A DNA stretch of 64,000 bases, from positions 17,363-81,362 of the forward strand of contig CAJTJC010000007.1 of the NCBI GenBank assembly GCA_910576655.1, in the 5' to 3' direction. This DNA is from an uncultured Christensenella sp. (GTDB lineage: Bacteria; Bacillota; Clostridia; Christensenellales; Borkfalkiaceae). Of this stretch, positions 35,729 through 47,000 are shown piece by piece. The notes beneath the pieces were generated by a model. It saw nothing but the letters and a program-made list of their open reading frames with translations, was not told where the DNA came from and did not search any database. Numbering within the stretch: the first letter of the stretch is position 1; each line of letters starts with the position of its first letter. A program made the translations under genes and the position numbers.

Positions 35729-38119
35729 TCAGCCCGTGACGTTTTCGCTGTTAAGCGTCCACAAGCCTACGGGAAGAATGTCTACAAAGAAGAACCTTGT
35801 ACGGTTGTTGTGAACTTTTATCATTATTTTACCTTTACCGTTTTCGCTGATATACGTCGTATATCTGTCGCCCCAGTAGGTTTCTCCGGTGTTGGTAGCG
35901 GAAATAGCGTAGCCGTCCTTCGCAAGCTCTTCGGTGAGCTTTGCAATGCACGCATCGTGCTGAGCGGTCGTTATCTTGCCGTTTTCGTCGCTCTCTTCGA
36001 TTGACAGGTTGAAGGAAACGTAGTCGAAATATTTAATTCCGCCGCCGGTCGCGGTGTTGTCCTCTTCGTCCCACTCGAAGAACAGGTCAGTCATGGAATC
36101 GCCGAACGCCTTAAAGAACGCCGTGGGCGAGGGCAGAGTGTTCGCCTTGTCGCCGTAGATGTTGTTCAGCAGGGTGCCGCCGTCAATTTCTACGGGTATG
36201 CTATTCGTGGTGTGCGTAGGATAGTAGTATCTTACGTTGAACTGACTCCAGTTTTCGCGGAGCACGCGCGCCTCGTATCCCTCGAACGTGTCCTCGGGAA
36301 GTACGGTGGTGCCGATTTTGGAATACGTGGTTTTGATAACGCCCGTATAGGTGCCCAAAGTTATGTCGTAGGGGAATTCGGTGGAAACCACTTCGCCCGT
36401 TTCAAGCACGCTTATTTTGAACGTACCGTAGGTAGAGCCCTTTGCGCTCTTTGCCCAGGTATGCGCCGAAACCTGCATAGCAAGGTCTCTGGTTATAGCG
36501 GGCTCGCGCAGGGTGAAGTTGTATACGCCTATCCATTCGCCGCCTATCTGCACGTCGGACATTCCGGCGTACTGGAAGATATTTGCCGAGAAGTCGAATT
36601 TGGGCATATTGTCGAAGACGTTGCCCTCGAACTGCTGCTTGCCCTGCAATGCGCCGAGGTCGTTGCTGTATTCGAAGAAGTCGTATTTGTCTGCGGACAG
36701 CTGCTTATAGCCGCTGTAATTCGTCCAGTAAAGGTTGTCGTCCATACCCGAGGTATACTTGCCGGTACGCGCAAGCAGGATAGCGTCCTGCGTTACCTGA
36801 CCGACGAGACCGACGGTACCCGTAGAAGACGTCGAATTGGAAGCCGAGGTTCTGCTCTTTTTAAGCGAATAATCGGCGTATTCCCCTTCGTCTATAGGGG
36901 GAGCGGAAACGGTCGTTTCTACTGCGCGGAAGGTGTAGTTGGTTGCGTCGCCCATTTTTTCGAGCGCCCTTTCGAGGTATTCCGCATTTCTCGGCGCCTC
37001 GTAAGGGGTCGGCGTGGGAACCTCGGTTGCGCCTACGCCAGTAAAGTCGGCGGTAAGCGTGGTATAGGACATTGCCGTCGCGTCCTTCGACGTGCCCTCT
37101 TCCGACGCGCCGTAATAGGTTACCGTCGTGGAAGCTATCATTTGGGTGATTTTGCCGTCCGCAACCTTAAGTCCTATCGTTTCCAGCGTATCCTGACCCT
37201 CGAGCATGGGAGTAAGCGAAACGGAAAGATAAGCCCTGAGATAGAGGTCGTCCTCGGACGAGTTGTCGAACTTGTAGAGGTAAACCTCGTTTTCGGCGTC
37301 GTACTCCCACTGGTTTACTATATCCGTGCCGAGCTGCGCAAGGTGATTCCAGAGGTGCTGGTTTTCCCATACCGACGCAACGCTGTTGTAGTCGGTTACG
37401 GCCTTCTGCGCGACCTCGTTGTCCTTGTTTATGTAAACCTGGTCGAATGTGTGCTCGTCGGAGTTCGCAATAACGTTCTCCGAGCGGCGGTAGTTGTTTA
37501 TATCCTTATCGGTGGCGCCTTTGGCGTTCCATTCGCCGTACCAGGCGCCGTCCGCCATCTTTACCGTGAAGTCGTACGTCTTGGTTACGTCGTTGTTGTC
37601 GTTGTTGAAGTCGTCGTAAATATCCGAAACCTCGCCGCTGACGGTAATTTGCGGGTTACCGAGCGCGGTGAACATTTCCGTCTTTAACTCGCCGACCTGT
37701 CCTTCGACAATCTGCGCCTTAATCGTAATGGTAACCGAGTCCTTTTTAAGCGAGGTCACGTTCGAGGTTGCGGTCAGCTTTACCACCTTGTCGACCGAAG
37801 TGGTTACTCCGTTTTTAAGCGAAAGCACGCCGTCCTTGAACTCCACCAAAGACGCGCCGTTGCCCTCAACCGACCAGGTGACGGACTTATCCTCAAGCCC
37901 GTCTACGGCGACGGAGGCCGTAACCGTTTCGTTGGTGCCGCAGTGGATTTCCGTTTTGTCAACGGTAATTTTGACCGTTACGTCTTCGAGAACGATAGGG
38001 GGCTTTTCCTCTCCGTTATCCTCGCTGCCGCCGCAGCCGACGAACGCGAAAGTCGAAAAGCTCATTGCAGCGCCTATCGTCAAGGATGCCGCTGTTTTAG
38101 CCAAATTCTTGATTTTCAT
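35729..38119 (-). CDS. surface lipoprotein (796 aa) with N-terminal Big_2-like domain, remainder unassigned
   Basis: Lipobox FVGC-GGS. The Big_2-like segment is VTASVAVDGLEDKSVTWSVEGNGASLVEFKDGVLSL...KLTATS. AAGGAGA RBS. Confidence 0.8.
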   Translation of the reverse strand: MKIKNLAKTAASLTIGAAMSFSTFAFVGCGGSEDNGEEKPPIVLEDVTVKITVDKTEIHCGTNETVTASVAVDGLEDKSVTWSVEGNGASLVEFKDGVLSLKNGVTTSVDKVVKLTATSNVTSLKKDSVTITIKAQIVEGQVGELKTEMFTALGNPQITVSGEVSDIYDDFNNDNNDVTKTYDFTVKMADGAWYGEWNAKGATDKDINNYRRSENVIANSDEHTFDQVYINKDNEVAQKAVTDYNSVASVWENQHLWNHLAQLGTDIVNQWEYDAENEVYLYKFDNSSEDDLYLRAYLSVSLTPMLEGQDTLETIGLKVADGKITQMIASTTVTYYGASEEGTSKDATAMSYTTLTADFTGVGATEVPTPTPYEAPRNAEYLERALEKMGDATNYTFRAVETTVSAPPIDEGEYADYSLKKSRTSASNSTSSTGTVGLVGQVTQDAILLARTGKYTSGMDDNLYWTNYSGYKQLSADKYDFFEYSNDLGALQGKQQFEGNVFDNMPKFDFSANIFQYAGMSDVQIGGEWIGVYNFTLREPAITRDLAMQVSAHTWAKSAKGSTYGTFKISVLETGEVVSTEFPYDITLGTYTGVIKTTYSKIGTTVLPEDTFEGYEARVLRENWSQFNVRYYYPTHTTNSIPVEIDGGTLLNNIYGDKANTLPSPTAFFKAFGDSMTDLFFEWDEEDNTATGGGIKYFDYVSFNLSIEESDENGKITTAQHDACIAKLTEELAKDGYAISATNTGETYWGDRYTTYISENGKGKIMIKVHNNRTRFFFVDILPVGLWTLNSENVTG

Positions 38120-38140
38120 AATTTCAATCTCCTTAAATTT

Positions 38141-40483
38141 TTAAACTGTCTTCCAGACGTAAATCCAGAAATCCAGAGAGCTGTCGTAGGGCATTGCCGA
38201 AACGTCTCCCTTTACGTATTCGCCGTAGGCGTTCTTTACAAATCCGTTTTCTACGAGGAATTCCTGCGCCGATTTAATCGAGCTGTTGATGGTTCTGTCC
38301 GCGTCGAGCGCAACGTCGTAGTAAAGCACGACCGTTTCGACGCTGTAACTTATTCCGCCCGGTTGGCGGTAGGTTGCAAGTCCGAACCCGTAGGTGTCGC
38401 CGAGAAGGTCGCCGAAGAAGGGCAAATCGTTTACCTTTTCCGCCGAGCCGAACATACCGATAAAGAATTCGAGCGCGTTAACTTCGCCGCTGTCGCCGCC
38501 GTCGGTCTCGTCGATTACGGTCAGGTCAGCCCAGCTTGCGGGCGGGACTCTGGGAACGTAGCCGTCGAACGATTTGAACGAGTCGGGCATCGAAGCCGAA
38601 TTAAAGTCCGAATAGTAAATTCTCACTTCGCCGTACATATCGCCGAGGAAGTAGAAGAAACCCGCTTCGAGAATTTTTCCGTCCCGCACCACGACGTAAG
38701 GCGTGTAGTCCGCAAGCATTTCGTAACGCATTGCAAACAGTCCGTACAGCGGCGCGTCGTTTCCTACGCCGTAATAGAGAGTGCTTGCCACCGTGCACAT
38801 GGTTTCGTCAACGTAGTAAATCGTGGCGTCCTTTCCGTCGACCGTAGCCGCCTGGAAGGAGGTGAATATTTCCGAAGCAAACGCAAACGAAGCCTTTGCT
38901 TTATCCATATCGCCCTTGAACGCGCGCGCCGCCTCGTATACGCCCTTGTCGGCGTTGTAGTTGTAGCTGTTGTAGGTGTTTGCGTCCAGCTTATGATAGC
39001 CGTACTGCGCGTTGGGGCGCGCCACCGCTATCTGATTTCCGCCCGAGGAAATTATATCGTACGGCTCGAAATAATAATCGCCGTCGATTACCGTTTCCAC
39101 GTAGCCGCCTATCGTATAGCCCGAAGCCATGTGCGACGACATTCTGAAATCGAGCGTGTAATTTTCAAGGCTGCGCATATTTTCAATCGCCTCGTCAAGC
39201 GCGTCGTGGTCGATAAAGCCGCCGTCCGTCGTCTTGGGGTTGTGCTCGAACTTGGTTATCAGGGGAACCTCTACGTTGTCCGCGCCGCAGTTGATATAGC
39301 TGTAAAGCCGCTGAATTGCTTTGTAGCCGGGAACCACAGAGAAGCTGGGCTTGCTTTCCGCGAATATGCCGAGAAGCTCGCCCCCCTCTATAATAAGACC
39401 CAGGCTGCTCGCCTCGAATTCGTAGGGATTTGCGGAGGCAACCATTTTCTGCGCGAGCGTCGCGTCATTACCCTTGTAGTAGTAACGCCAGTCGTCCTCG
39501 TCGAATTCGAAGTCGTCCGCCGTAACCTTTGCAAAGTTGTTGTACAGCCCCGAGTCGAGCCAGCTTACGGGCTTGCCCGCGTCGTCGGTCATGGGGAAGT
39601 ACTGTTCGTCGTTCATAAGGCTGAGCGCGACCTGCTGGGCGACGCCGCCTTCGTTTTTATAGTGAATGTCGGCAACGTAGTTGGTCGAATTGTCGACGTA
39701 ACGCGCGTGCCATCTGTCGCCGTTCATCTGGGTGGAAATGCCCGAAACCTGAACGGTTTCCACGTATTTGTCGAAAAGCTCGAAGGTGCGCAGCTCTATG
39801 TCCATATAGCCCTCGAAGCCGATATAGTTATCGCTGACCGAAGAAAGCATTTCGTCGGTGAGCACGGGCTGGCACGCAACGCAGATTATTATTTCCGCGT
39901 ACTTCTCGTCGTTGTCGGTGCTGGTAGCCCTGACCGTAACGTCGCGGTCCTCGGTAACCGTCTTTGCGGTAAACTTACCGTCGCCGTCTATCGAGCCGTA
40001 TTCGCCGCCCTCGGTAACCGACCAGACTACGTTTGAATTAGTGCGGCCATCGGGGAACTTAACCGTTGCCGTAAACTTAGTGCTTTTGCCGCTGCCGACA
40101 AGCTGATTACCCTTTATCGAAACGGTAATTCCTTCGAGGTCGGGGTCTACGGGCGGCGGGGGCGTCCCCTTGCCCGTAAAGGTCTGCACCTCGCTGGGCG
40201 CCGAGGACTTATAGCCGCTTGCCGACGCTATGACCGAATAAGTGAAATCGTTTACCACCGAGCCGACGGTGTAGCTGGTGCCGTCGCATCTGTAATTGTA
40301 ACCGTTGAGCACCACTACGTAATATTCGGCGTTTTCAACCGCGTCCCAGGTAATTTCGCCGTCGTCGCTGACGGTGACGTTCTGCGGCGTCGCAAGCTGA
40401 GGCTTTTCCTCGCCGCAGCCCGCGAACGTCATTGCAAGCACGACTATCACGAGGGCGCAAATAAATTTTTTAAATATCTTCAT
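38141..40483 (-). CDS. surface lipoprotein (780 aa) with Fn3-like and Big_2-like domains, remainder unassigned; probable paralog of the 796 aa protein
   Basis: Lipobox FAGC-GEE. Fn3-like PQNVTVSDDGEITWDAVENAEYYVV. Big_2-like FTATVKFPDGRTNSNVVWSVTEGGEYGSIDGDGKFTA. Shared downstream motifs include LDEAIENMRSLENYT, against LERALEKMGDATNYT in the neighbour. Confidence 0.8.
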   Translation of the reverse strand: MKIFKKFICALVIVVLAMTFAGCGEEKPQLATPQNVTVSDDGEITWDAVENAEYYVVVLNGYNYRCDGTSYTVGSVVNDFTYSVIASASGYKSSAPSEVQTFTGKGTPPPPVDPDLEGITVSIKGNQLVGSGKSTKFTATVKFPDGRTNSNVVWSVTEGGEYGSIDGDGKFTAKTVTEDRDVTVRATSTDNDEKYAEIIICVACQPVLTDEMLSSVSDNYIGFEGYMDIELRTFELFDKYVETVQVSGISTQMNGDRWHARYVDNSTNYVADIHYKNEGGVAQQVALSLMNDEQYFPMTDDAGKPVSWLDSGLYNNFAKVTADDFEFDEDDWRYYYKGNDATLAQKMVASANPYEFEASSLGLIIEGGELLGIFAESKPSFSVVPGYKAIQRLYSYINCGADNVEVPLITKFEHNPKTTDGGFIDHDALDEAIENMRSLENYTLDFRMSSHMASGYTIGGYVETVIDGDYYFEPYDIISSGGNQIAVARPNAQYGYHKLDANTYNSYNYNADKGVYEAARAFKGDMDKAKASFAFASEIFTSFQAATVDGKDATIYYVDETMCTVASTLYYGVGNDAPLYGLFAMRYEMLADYTPYVVVRDGKILEAGFFYFLGDMYGEVRIYYSDFNSASMPDSFKSFDGYVPRVPPASWADLTVIDETDGGDSGEVNALEFFIGMFGSAEKVNDLPFFGDLLGDTYGFGLATYRQPGGISYSVETVVLYYDVALDADRTINSSIKSAQEFLVENGFVKNAYGEYVKGDVSAMPYDSSLDFWIYVWKTV

Positions 40484-40493
40484 TTTATCTCCT

Positions 40494-41045
40494 TCAATAT
40501 CCGTACGTTACCGTAACGCTTACCGTGCGCGACGACGAATTTACGTACGAATATTCCGCTTTGGTCATGTTTCCGTTTTCGAACCCGACGCTGAGCGTCA
40601 TATCCGACGACGCGGAAACCTGCCGCGAAAGCGCTTCGGTTATTTTGTCCTTGGGCACGGTGCAGCTAAGCGCGCCGTCCGCTATTTCGTATGAAGCGGT
40701 AAGTCCGCCCGAAAGCTTTAAGCCGACTATCGTTTTGCCCGTCACGTTTTCAACCGAAACCGTAGTCGAGGTCGTCACCGTTTCGAAGTTTTCCGAAAGC
40801 ACCGTTTTACTGTCCGATACCGACGCCGTGCGCGTCGCCACGTCTACCTCGATACGGCGTTCAAGCGTGTAGACCGTAACGCCTCCGTCGGTTAAAGTGA
40901 CCTGCGCGACAACGGTAGTCGCCCTGTCCGCAGAGGAAACCATTTTATCGAGGTATTCCGAAACCTCGTCTCCGCACGCGGATAAGCCGAATGCCGCCGC
41001 GCCGAGGGCGCAAAGCGAAATCGCCGCTAATTTTTTAAATTTCAT
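40494..41045 (-). CDS. small lipoprotein (183 aa), function unknown
   Basis: Lipobox LSAC-GDE. Ser/Thr/Val-rich and beta-type in composition. AGGAGGG RBS. Confidence 0.7.
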   Translation of the reverse strand: MKFKKLAAISLCALGAAAFGLSACGDEVSEYLDKMVSSADRATTVVAQVTLTDGGVTVYTLERRIEVDVATRTASVSDSKTVLSENFETVTTSTTVSVENVTGKTIVGLKLSGGLTASYEIADGALSCTVPKDKITEALSRQVSASSDMTLSVGFENGNMTKAEYSYVNSSSRTVSVTVTYGY

Positions 41046-41059
41046 AAGATACGCCCTCC

Positions 41060-44000
41060 TTACAGTCCCATGCGCTTTTTAAGCGCGTACGCCGCCGCAG
41101 CCACTGCCGATACGGTGGCGACGGCCGCAGCTCCGAACGCAAACGCCGTAAACGCCGCGTTGGCCGCCTCGTCGCCCTCCGCCTCCGTCTTAGCGCAGTA
41201 TTCGTTATACTGCTCGACGATAGATTCGAAGTTTTTGTATTCCTGAGTTTCGCGCATGAGTATGCGCTCTTCCACCGTCAGCGCGTTTATTTCGCCGTTG
41301 ATTTCCTTCAAAAGCTCTATTTGCGTAACGTCAAACTTATCCGAAAGAGTGGCAAGCTTTGCAAGCAGGTTTTTGAAATCTCTGCCTGCGGTAGCCACCT
41401 GCAATTCGGTAAGCGCGTTCTTCGCGTCCCTTACCGCCTTGATAAGCGCGTCGGCGTCCGCCTGCGAATAGCCGTAATCGGTCAGGCTCTGCGTCATGGA
41501 GTTGAGCGCCGTAACCGCGTTGTTTATCAGCCTTTCGTCCGAGAGCGTCACCTTGCCGAGCGCGGCGACTTTATCCGCGTACTGCAGGAACGACACGGTT
41601 GCGTCGTCCATTGCCACGTAATCCGTTCTGCCGGCATCCTCGGCCTTGCCGAAGCAAGCCTCGTACACCGCGCCGCCGTAGCCGTAAGCGCCGTTGGCGG
41701 GTAAGGTCATTTTGACGGGCTTGAACGAGCCTGCAAGTCCCTTAAAGGTGAAGTAGTAAAGCTCTAATCCGAACAGTCCGAACTGGTTGTGCAGCAAATC
41801 GTAGCCGGGTGCGTCCTCGGCAAGCTTTGCTTCGGGGAAGTAGTCCTTCTCGCTATCTGCCTTGATAGGATAATACTGCGTTTCGAGTACGGGAGCCGAC
41901 GAGGAATTGAACACCACCTCGGCAAGCTTGGAATAGCCGTTGAATGCGTAGTTACCTATCGCCCTGAGAGAATCGGGAAGTATTATTTTGGTTATATACG
42001 GGTTTCTGTTGCCTGCGTAAATATCTACGCGCGCAACCCCTTCGGGAACGGTGAGCGTCGAAGCGTACAGCCCGCCGGGGACCGCCTTCAATTCCGCCTT
42101 GCCCGAGGGCATATTGACGTAAAGCACGCCGCCGTTTAAGAAAGCGTAATCATTTATTTTGCCGTCGGTTTTTTTGTCCTCGCCGAACGAGAATATCGCA
42201 AGCCGCGAGCAGCCGAGGAACGCCATAGGTCCGACGTATTCGATTGCGCTACCGAAATTGAAGTCGGTAAGGTACGCGTTTTTGTAGAACGCCGCCTGAC
42301 CTATTCTTTTAAGGTTGGGCGCGGTCAGCGACGCTACCATCGTTTTGCTGAACGCGTTGTCGCCTATTTCCGTAAGCGCGTTTGCGGTTATTTTGCCCGA
42401 AAGCATGGTGTTGGAGAACGCGCCCGCGCCAAGCTTTTCAGCCGAGGATAAATCAGCGGTGCCGAAATACGTCGCGCCGTAGAACGCGTTGTCGCCGATA
42501 AGCTTTACCGCGCCGAGATTTATAGAAGTAAGGTTTTCGCAGCCTCTGAACGCGTAGGTGCCGATTTCGACGACCGTTGCGGGAAGCTTGACGGTTTGAA
42601 GATTTACGCAAAGCGCAAAGGTGAAGCCGTCAATCTTCGTAACCGTTGCGGGCAGAGTTATTTCGGAAAGTCCCGCGTTGCCCATGAACGCGCCCATTCC
42701 TATCTCTTCCACGGAATCGAGCGCAATTTTGCTGAACGTAGGCGCGCTGCCCTTTTCGGACTGACGCGCAAACGCGCCTTCGCCTATCGTCCTGACGCTC
42801 ATTGCGTTTACCACGCTTGCAAGCGCGGAGCAGTCCGCGAACGCGTACGGGTCGACCTCGGTAACGCCGTCTAAATTGACGCTGCGAAGCGATGTGCAGC
42901 CGAAGAAGGTCTCCGATTCGATTACCCCGTCGGTCTTACTCGCATCTATTTCTTCGAGCGACGTATCGTTTGCGAAGCACGCCGTACCGAAATGAACGCC
43001 GCCGCCCGCAGGCATATTTACCGTAGTAAGCATCTTGCAGTTCTGGAACGCGCCCATTCCGAAAACGGAATTTTCGCCGAGCGTCAGGCTGACGATTTGC
43101 GACTGGAAGAACGCTCCCTCGCCGTAAACCGCTCCCTCGCCGAGCACGACGGTTTTAAGCCCCGTGTTCGCAAACGCGTAGTTGCCCACGCTTGCGAATT
43201 TGTCGAGGTTGACAACCTCGGTAAGCTCCGTACAGGCGTTGAAGGCTCTTTCGCCGATATACGCCTTTTTCGTTACCTCGGCAAACGCCACTCTTTGAAG
43301 CGCGCCGCACTGGTTGAATGCGAAATCGCCTATCGCTATATCGGCATTTTCGAACGTGACCGAGCCGATTATGCAGCCCGCGAACGCGCCCGAAGCTATT
43401 TCTTCGTAGCCTGCGCCGATAACGAGGTCGCCGAAGTCCTTGCCCTGAGCCGCGAGTATTATGCTTTTGCCGTCCTTGGATATAAGCAGCGAGCCGCCGT
43501 CTACCGCGTAGTTGGCGTTGTCCGCGCCGACGGTGAAATTAGTCAGCTGCGTTTCGCCGAACGCCGAAGCGCCTATCGAAGCGAGCACGGTGTTGCTTTG
43601 CAGCGCGAGCGTCGTCAGCGGCGAGCTTACGAACGCGTATTCGCCTATCGCAACCTCGCAGTCGGGAAGCGTAAACTGCTTGATTCCCGTTGCGTAGAAC
43701 GCCTGCGAGCCTATTTTCTGCAACCCGCCGCCGAAACGCACCGTTTCGAGCAGAGGCGATTCGCAGAACGCGCCCGTGTCTATCGAAATGAGGCTGTTGT
43801 GCAGCGTCACTCTTTTAAGCTTAGAGCTGCGCGCAAACGCGTACGCAGGTATACTTATTTTTTCGTAAACGTCTATTTCTTCAACCGCGGTGTTTACGAA
43901 CATTTCGCGGCAGAGCTTGGTGTTTTCGTTGAGAATTATGGTAGCAAGCGCAAGACAGTCTTTAAACGTCCTGCCGACCTTGCTGCCGCTTTTCAGCGTT

Positions 44001-47000
44001 TCTTCGGCTGCGTTTCTGAGGTGCGAGAGGTCTACCGCGGTCAGCGTTTCGCAGCCCTCGAAGCCGCTTGCGCCAATCGAGTAGCATTTACTCAGGTCGG
44101 CCTCTTTCAGCGATTTGCAGCCCTGGAACGCGTGCGCGCCGATAACCTCTACGTTGCCGAGATTTATATCGGTGAGCTTTTCGTCCTTATAGAACGCGTA
44201 CTCGCGTACGAACTTAACCGACGAGGGAAGCTGTACAGACCTCAGTCCCGAGCAGTTGTAGAACGCGTATTTCTGCACGTCCTCCACTCCTGCGGGAATG
44301 ATTACGCTGGTAACAGAGGTGTTCATCGAAGGAATTTTATTCGAGTCGAAATCGTCGTCCTCGAGCTCTACCGTCCTGTCGGTATCGTAAAGACAGAACG
44401 CGTACGAGCCTATGTACAAAATGCCCTCGTCGTCGGGAATGACGACCTCGCCGCCCAGTCCCTTATACGCAATAAGCGTTCTGTTTTCTATTACGAATTC
44501 GCTTTTTACGACTATTCTTATTCTCGCCTTTATGTTAGAGCCCTTTACGTTCAGCGTTACCTGAGCCGTGCCCTCTCTCAGCGCGGTCACGGTGCCGTCC
44601 TGCTCGACCTTTACGACCTTGTCGTTCGAAGTCGTGTACTCGAACTCGCGGCTGTCCTCTACGTACCAGGGCTTTACCGCATAGCTGAGCTTTATCTTTT
44701 CGCCGGGGTAGAAGCTGACGGTTCCGTCTTTCAGCGCGGAAACGTAAACCCTGTCGCCCGTGTCCTGTATTTCGCTGGTCTGAGCCGCGCGCGAATACGC
44801 GAACAGCGTATCAAAGTAAATGAAGTCTACGCTTTCAAGCTCGGCGTCGGCGGCGTCCCTTGCCGCATTGCGCCGCGCTGCGCGGGGCTTTACGTTTAAG
44901 GTGACGGTCGCCTGCTTGCCGTCCATTTTTTCGGTGACTGTTATCTGGGTCTTGCCCTCTTTGAGGCAGACTGCCTCGCCGTTTTTGAATTGCTTCGTCT
45001 TGGGGTCGGCTTTTACTACCGAGGTATTGTAAGCCGTCCATTCGAGGTGTTTGAGATAGTCCTTGTCGCTGTCGAGCGTTGCGTCGGTCGAATAGAGGTA
45101 TTCCGTCAAATCGACCACGTCGCCTACGTAGGCGTTGATTACGCTGAGCGGTCTGCCGCTCTCTTTACCGTTCGAGGTAAAGCGGAAGTCGCCGCGCGTG
45201 CCGGGAAGCTGACAGAGATATATGTTGGAATTGAGCGCGTAGTCGTCGATTGAGAACGCAAGCGCGCTGCCTATTAACGCGTCGGAATATATCGCGTCGA
45301 GATATTCGGTTACCTCGAAGCGCACTTTGTTGTCCGCGCCCCTCTCGCTGTATACGGGAATGGGGTTGTCGGTCAAAAGTGCGTAGCTCGAACTCGAGGT
45401 GAACGCAACGGGGCTTATCGACTGCACGTACTGGTTATCGTAAATGGTCAGCGTTACGTAGAACCTGTCTTTTTTGAGGGTCTTGTCGTAAACCTTTTCG
45501 TACGTGGCTTCCTTGATAATGGGCGCCTCGTTGTCGCAGTAGAAGTCGAACGAGAACGAGTTGCGCACGTTTGTTGAAAGTCCGCCGTCCGTACCGTAAT
45601 CGAGCTTGCCCTGCATTTTGAACTCGTACTGTCTGTTGTTTACCAGCCCCAACTTCAACGTGCTTATTTTAAGGTAGTCCGCGTAAGGCATAGGCGAGCC
45701 GCCGAGCGAATGAGCCTTATTCGCGTTGTAGTCGGTATGCGAATAGACGACCTCGCCCGAAACCTTGTCTACTATAGTGAAGTTCATTTCCTTGGCGCTT
45801 CGCAGCAGTCCCGCGTAGACCGAAGAAATTCCGTCTATCGTGCCGAGTATATCCGATACGGCGATATGGTCCTCGGTGGCGGGTATCGCATCGTAGGTCA
45901 TCGTGTCTATATCGTACAGATAAGTTCCGAGGGGTATTATATAATTATAGAAATACGAGCCGTACGGCGTGGTTGCGAAGTAGTCCGCCTTTAATTTGTC
46001 CTCTTCGTCTATACTGCCGTCGTGAGCCTGCGATTCCACCTCGTAATAGGTCTTGTCGAACATGGGCGCTTCCGTCCAGTCGCCGAAGAACGCGAGATAG
46101 GGCGCGTTGAGGCTGATTTCCGTTCCCTCGTCCTTTGCCGTAAGCCTTACGAATCCTTCTACGTACATTCCGTAGGGGAACGACGAGGTGATATATTTTT
46201 TGTCCTCGCCGGACATTTTGTAAACTATTTTAAGCTTTGCCGTTTCGCCGCCCTGCAAAGTCAGGGTCGTGCCCGAAAGCGTTGCGCCGCCCGAAATAAG
46301 GCTGACCGAGGTTTCGCCCCCGAGCATATAGGCCTTTTCCGCAACGTGGTTTTTGTCCGAGGTGGAAACGCTTTCGGTCATAGCGTCCAGCCCGACCTCG
46401 TAGCTGAGCGTGTCGCCGCTGAGATTTTTAACGCCGAATTCAAGCGTGTAAACGCCCTTCTTCTCGGCGTCGTCGCCAAGCTCGAACTTGGGTCTGTCCT
46501 GACCGTCGACGGTGATAATCGCCTTGGTGTTGACCGCGTTGTACAGGCTTGCAAGTCCCGCGCCCTGTTTTCTGGGCGAATAGGGGTTGCCCTCCTCGTT
46601 CTTGATTATCGTCGCGCTTGACATCAGAAGCTGATTGCAGAGCCGCGAATATTCCACTGCCGACAAATCGGGGTAGGTATCCTTTAAGTACTGTCTGATA
46701 AGCACTACTATTCCGCAGAGGTTGGGCGATGCCATCGAGGTACCAGAAAGCTCGTCGTAGCCGCCTCCGGGAACGGCAGATTTAATGCTGCCGCCGTGCG
46801 CGGTAATTTCGGGCTTTATGCCGAGCGACGGGGTCGGACCCCAGCTTGAAAAGTCGCTCATAAACGGTCCCGCTTCCTGCTCTAAGCCGATTTGCAGAGT
46901 ACCCTTCGCCTTTTCGGCAAGCCTGACGCCGTCGTCCTTGGATATGGAAATCGTCGGGATATGGTCGCTCTTGCCCATAGACATAAGAATTTCGCCGTCT

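Noticed and set aside
37943-40036. A 697 aa ORF on the plus strand, antisense to the 780 aa lipoprotein gene. Similar long antisense ORFs lie at 42992-44899 (635 aa), 36212-37687 (491 aa), 23642-24499 (285 aa), 33553-34332, 50326-51180 and 8151-8816.
   Set aside because: Their translations are Arg/Val/Ala/Gly-rich low-information strings with no motifs, RBS or plausible starts. Each lies fully inside a well-supported minus-strand gene. Long stop-free antisense frames are expected from the GC-rich third-position codon bias seen here.
41084-41158. The C-terminal hydrophobic helix plus basic tail of the S8 protein read as a sortase (LPXTG) sorting signal.
   Set aside because: No LPXTG, NPQTN or similar motif precedes the helix (the sequence is ...EGDEAANAAFTAFAFG...), and no sortase gene is in the window. 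I treat it as a plain TM anchor.
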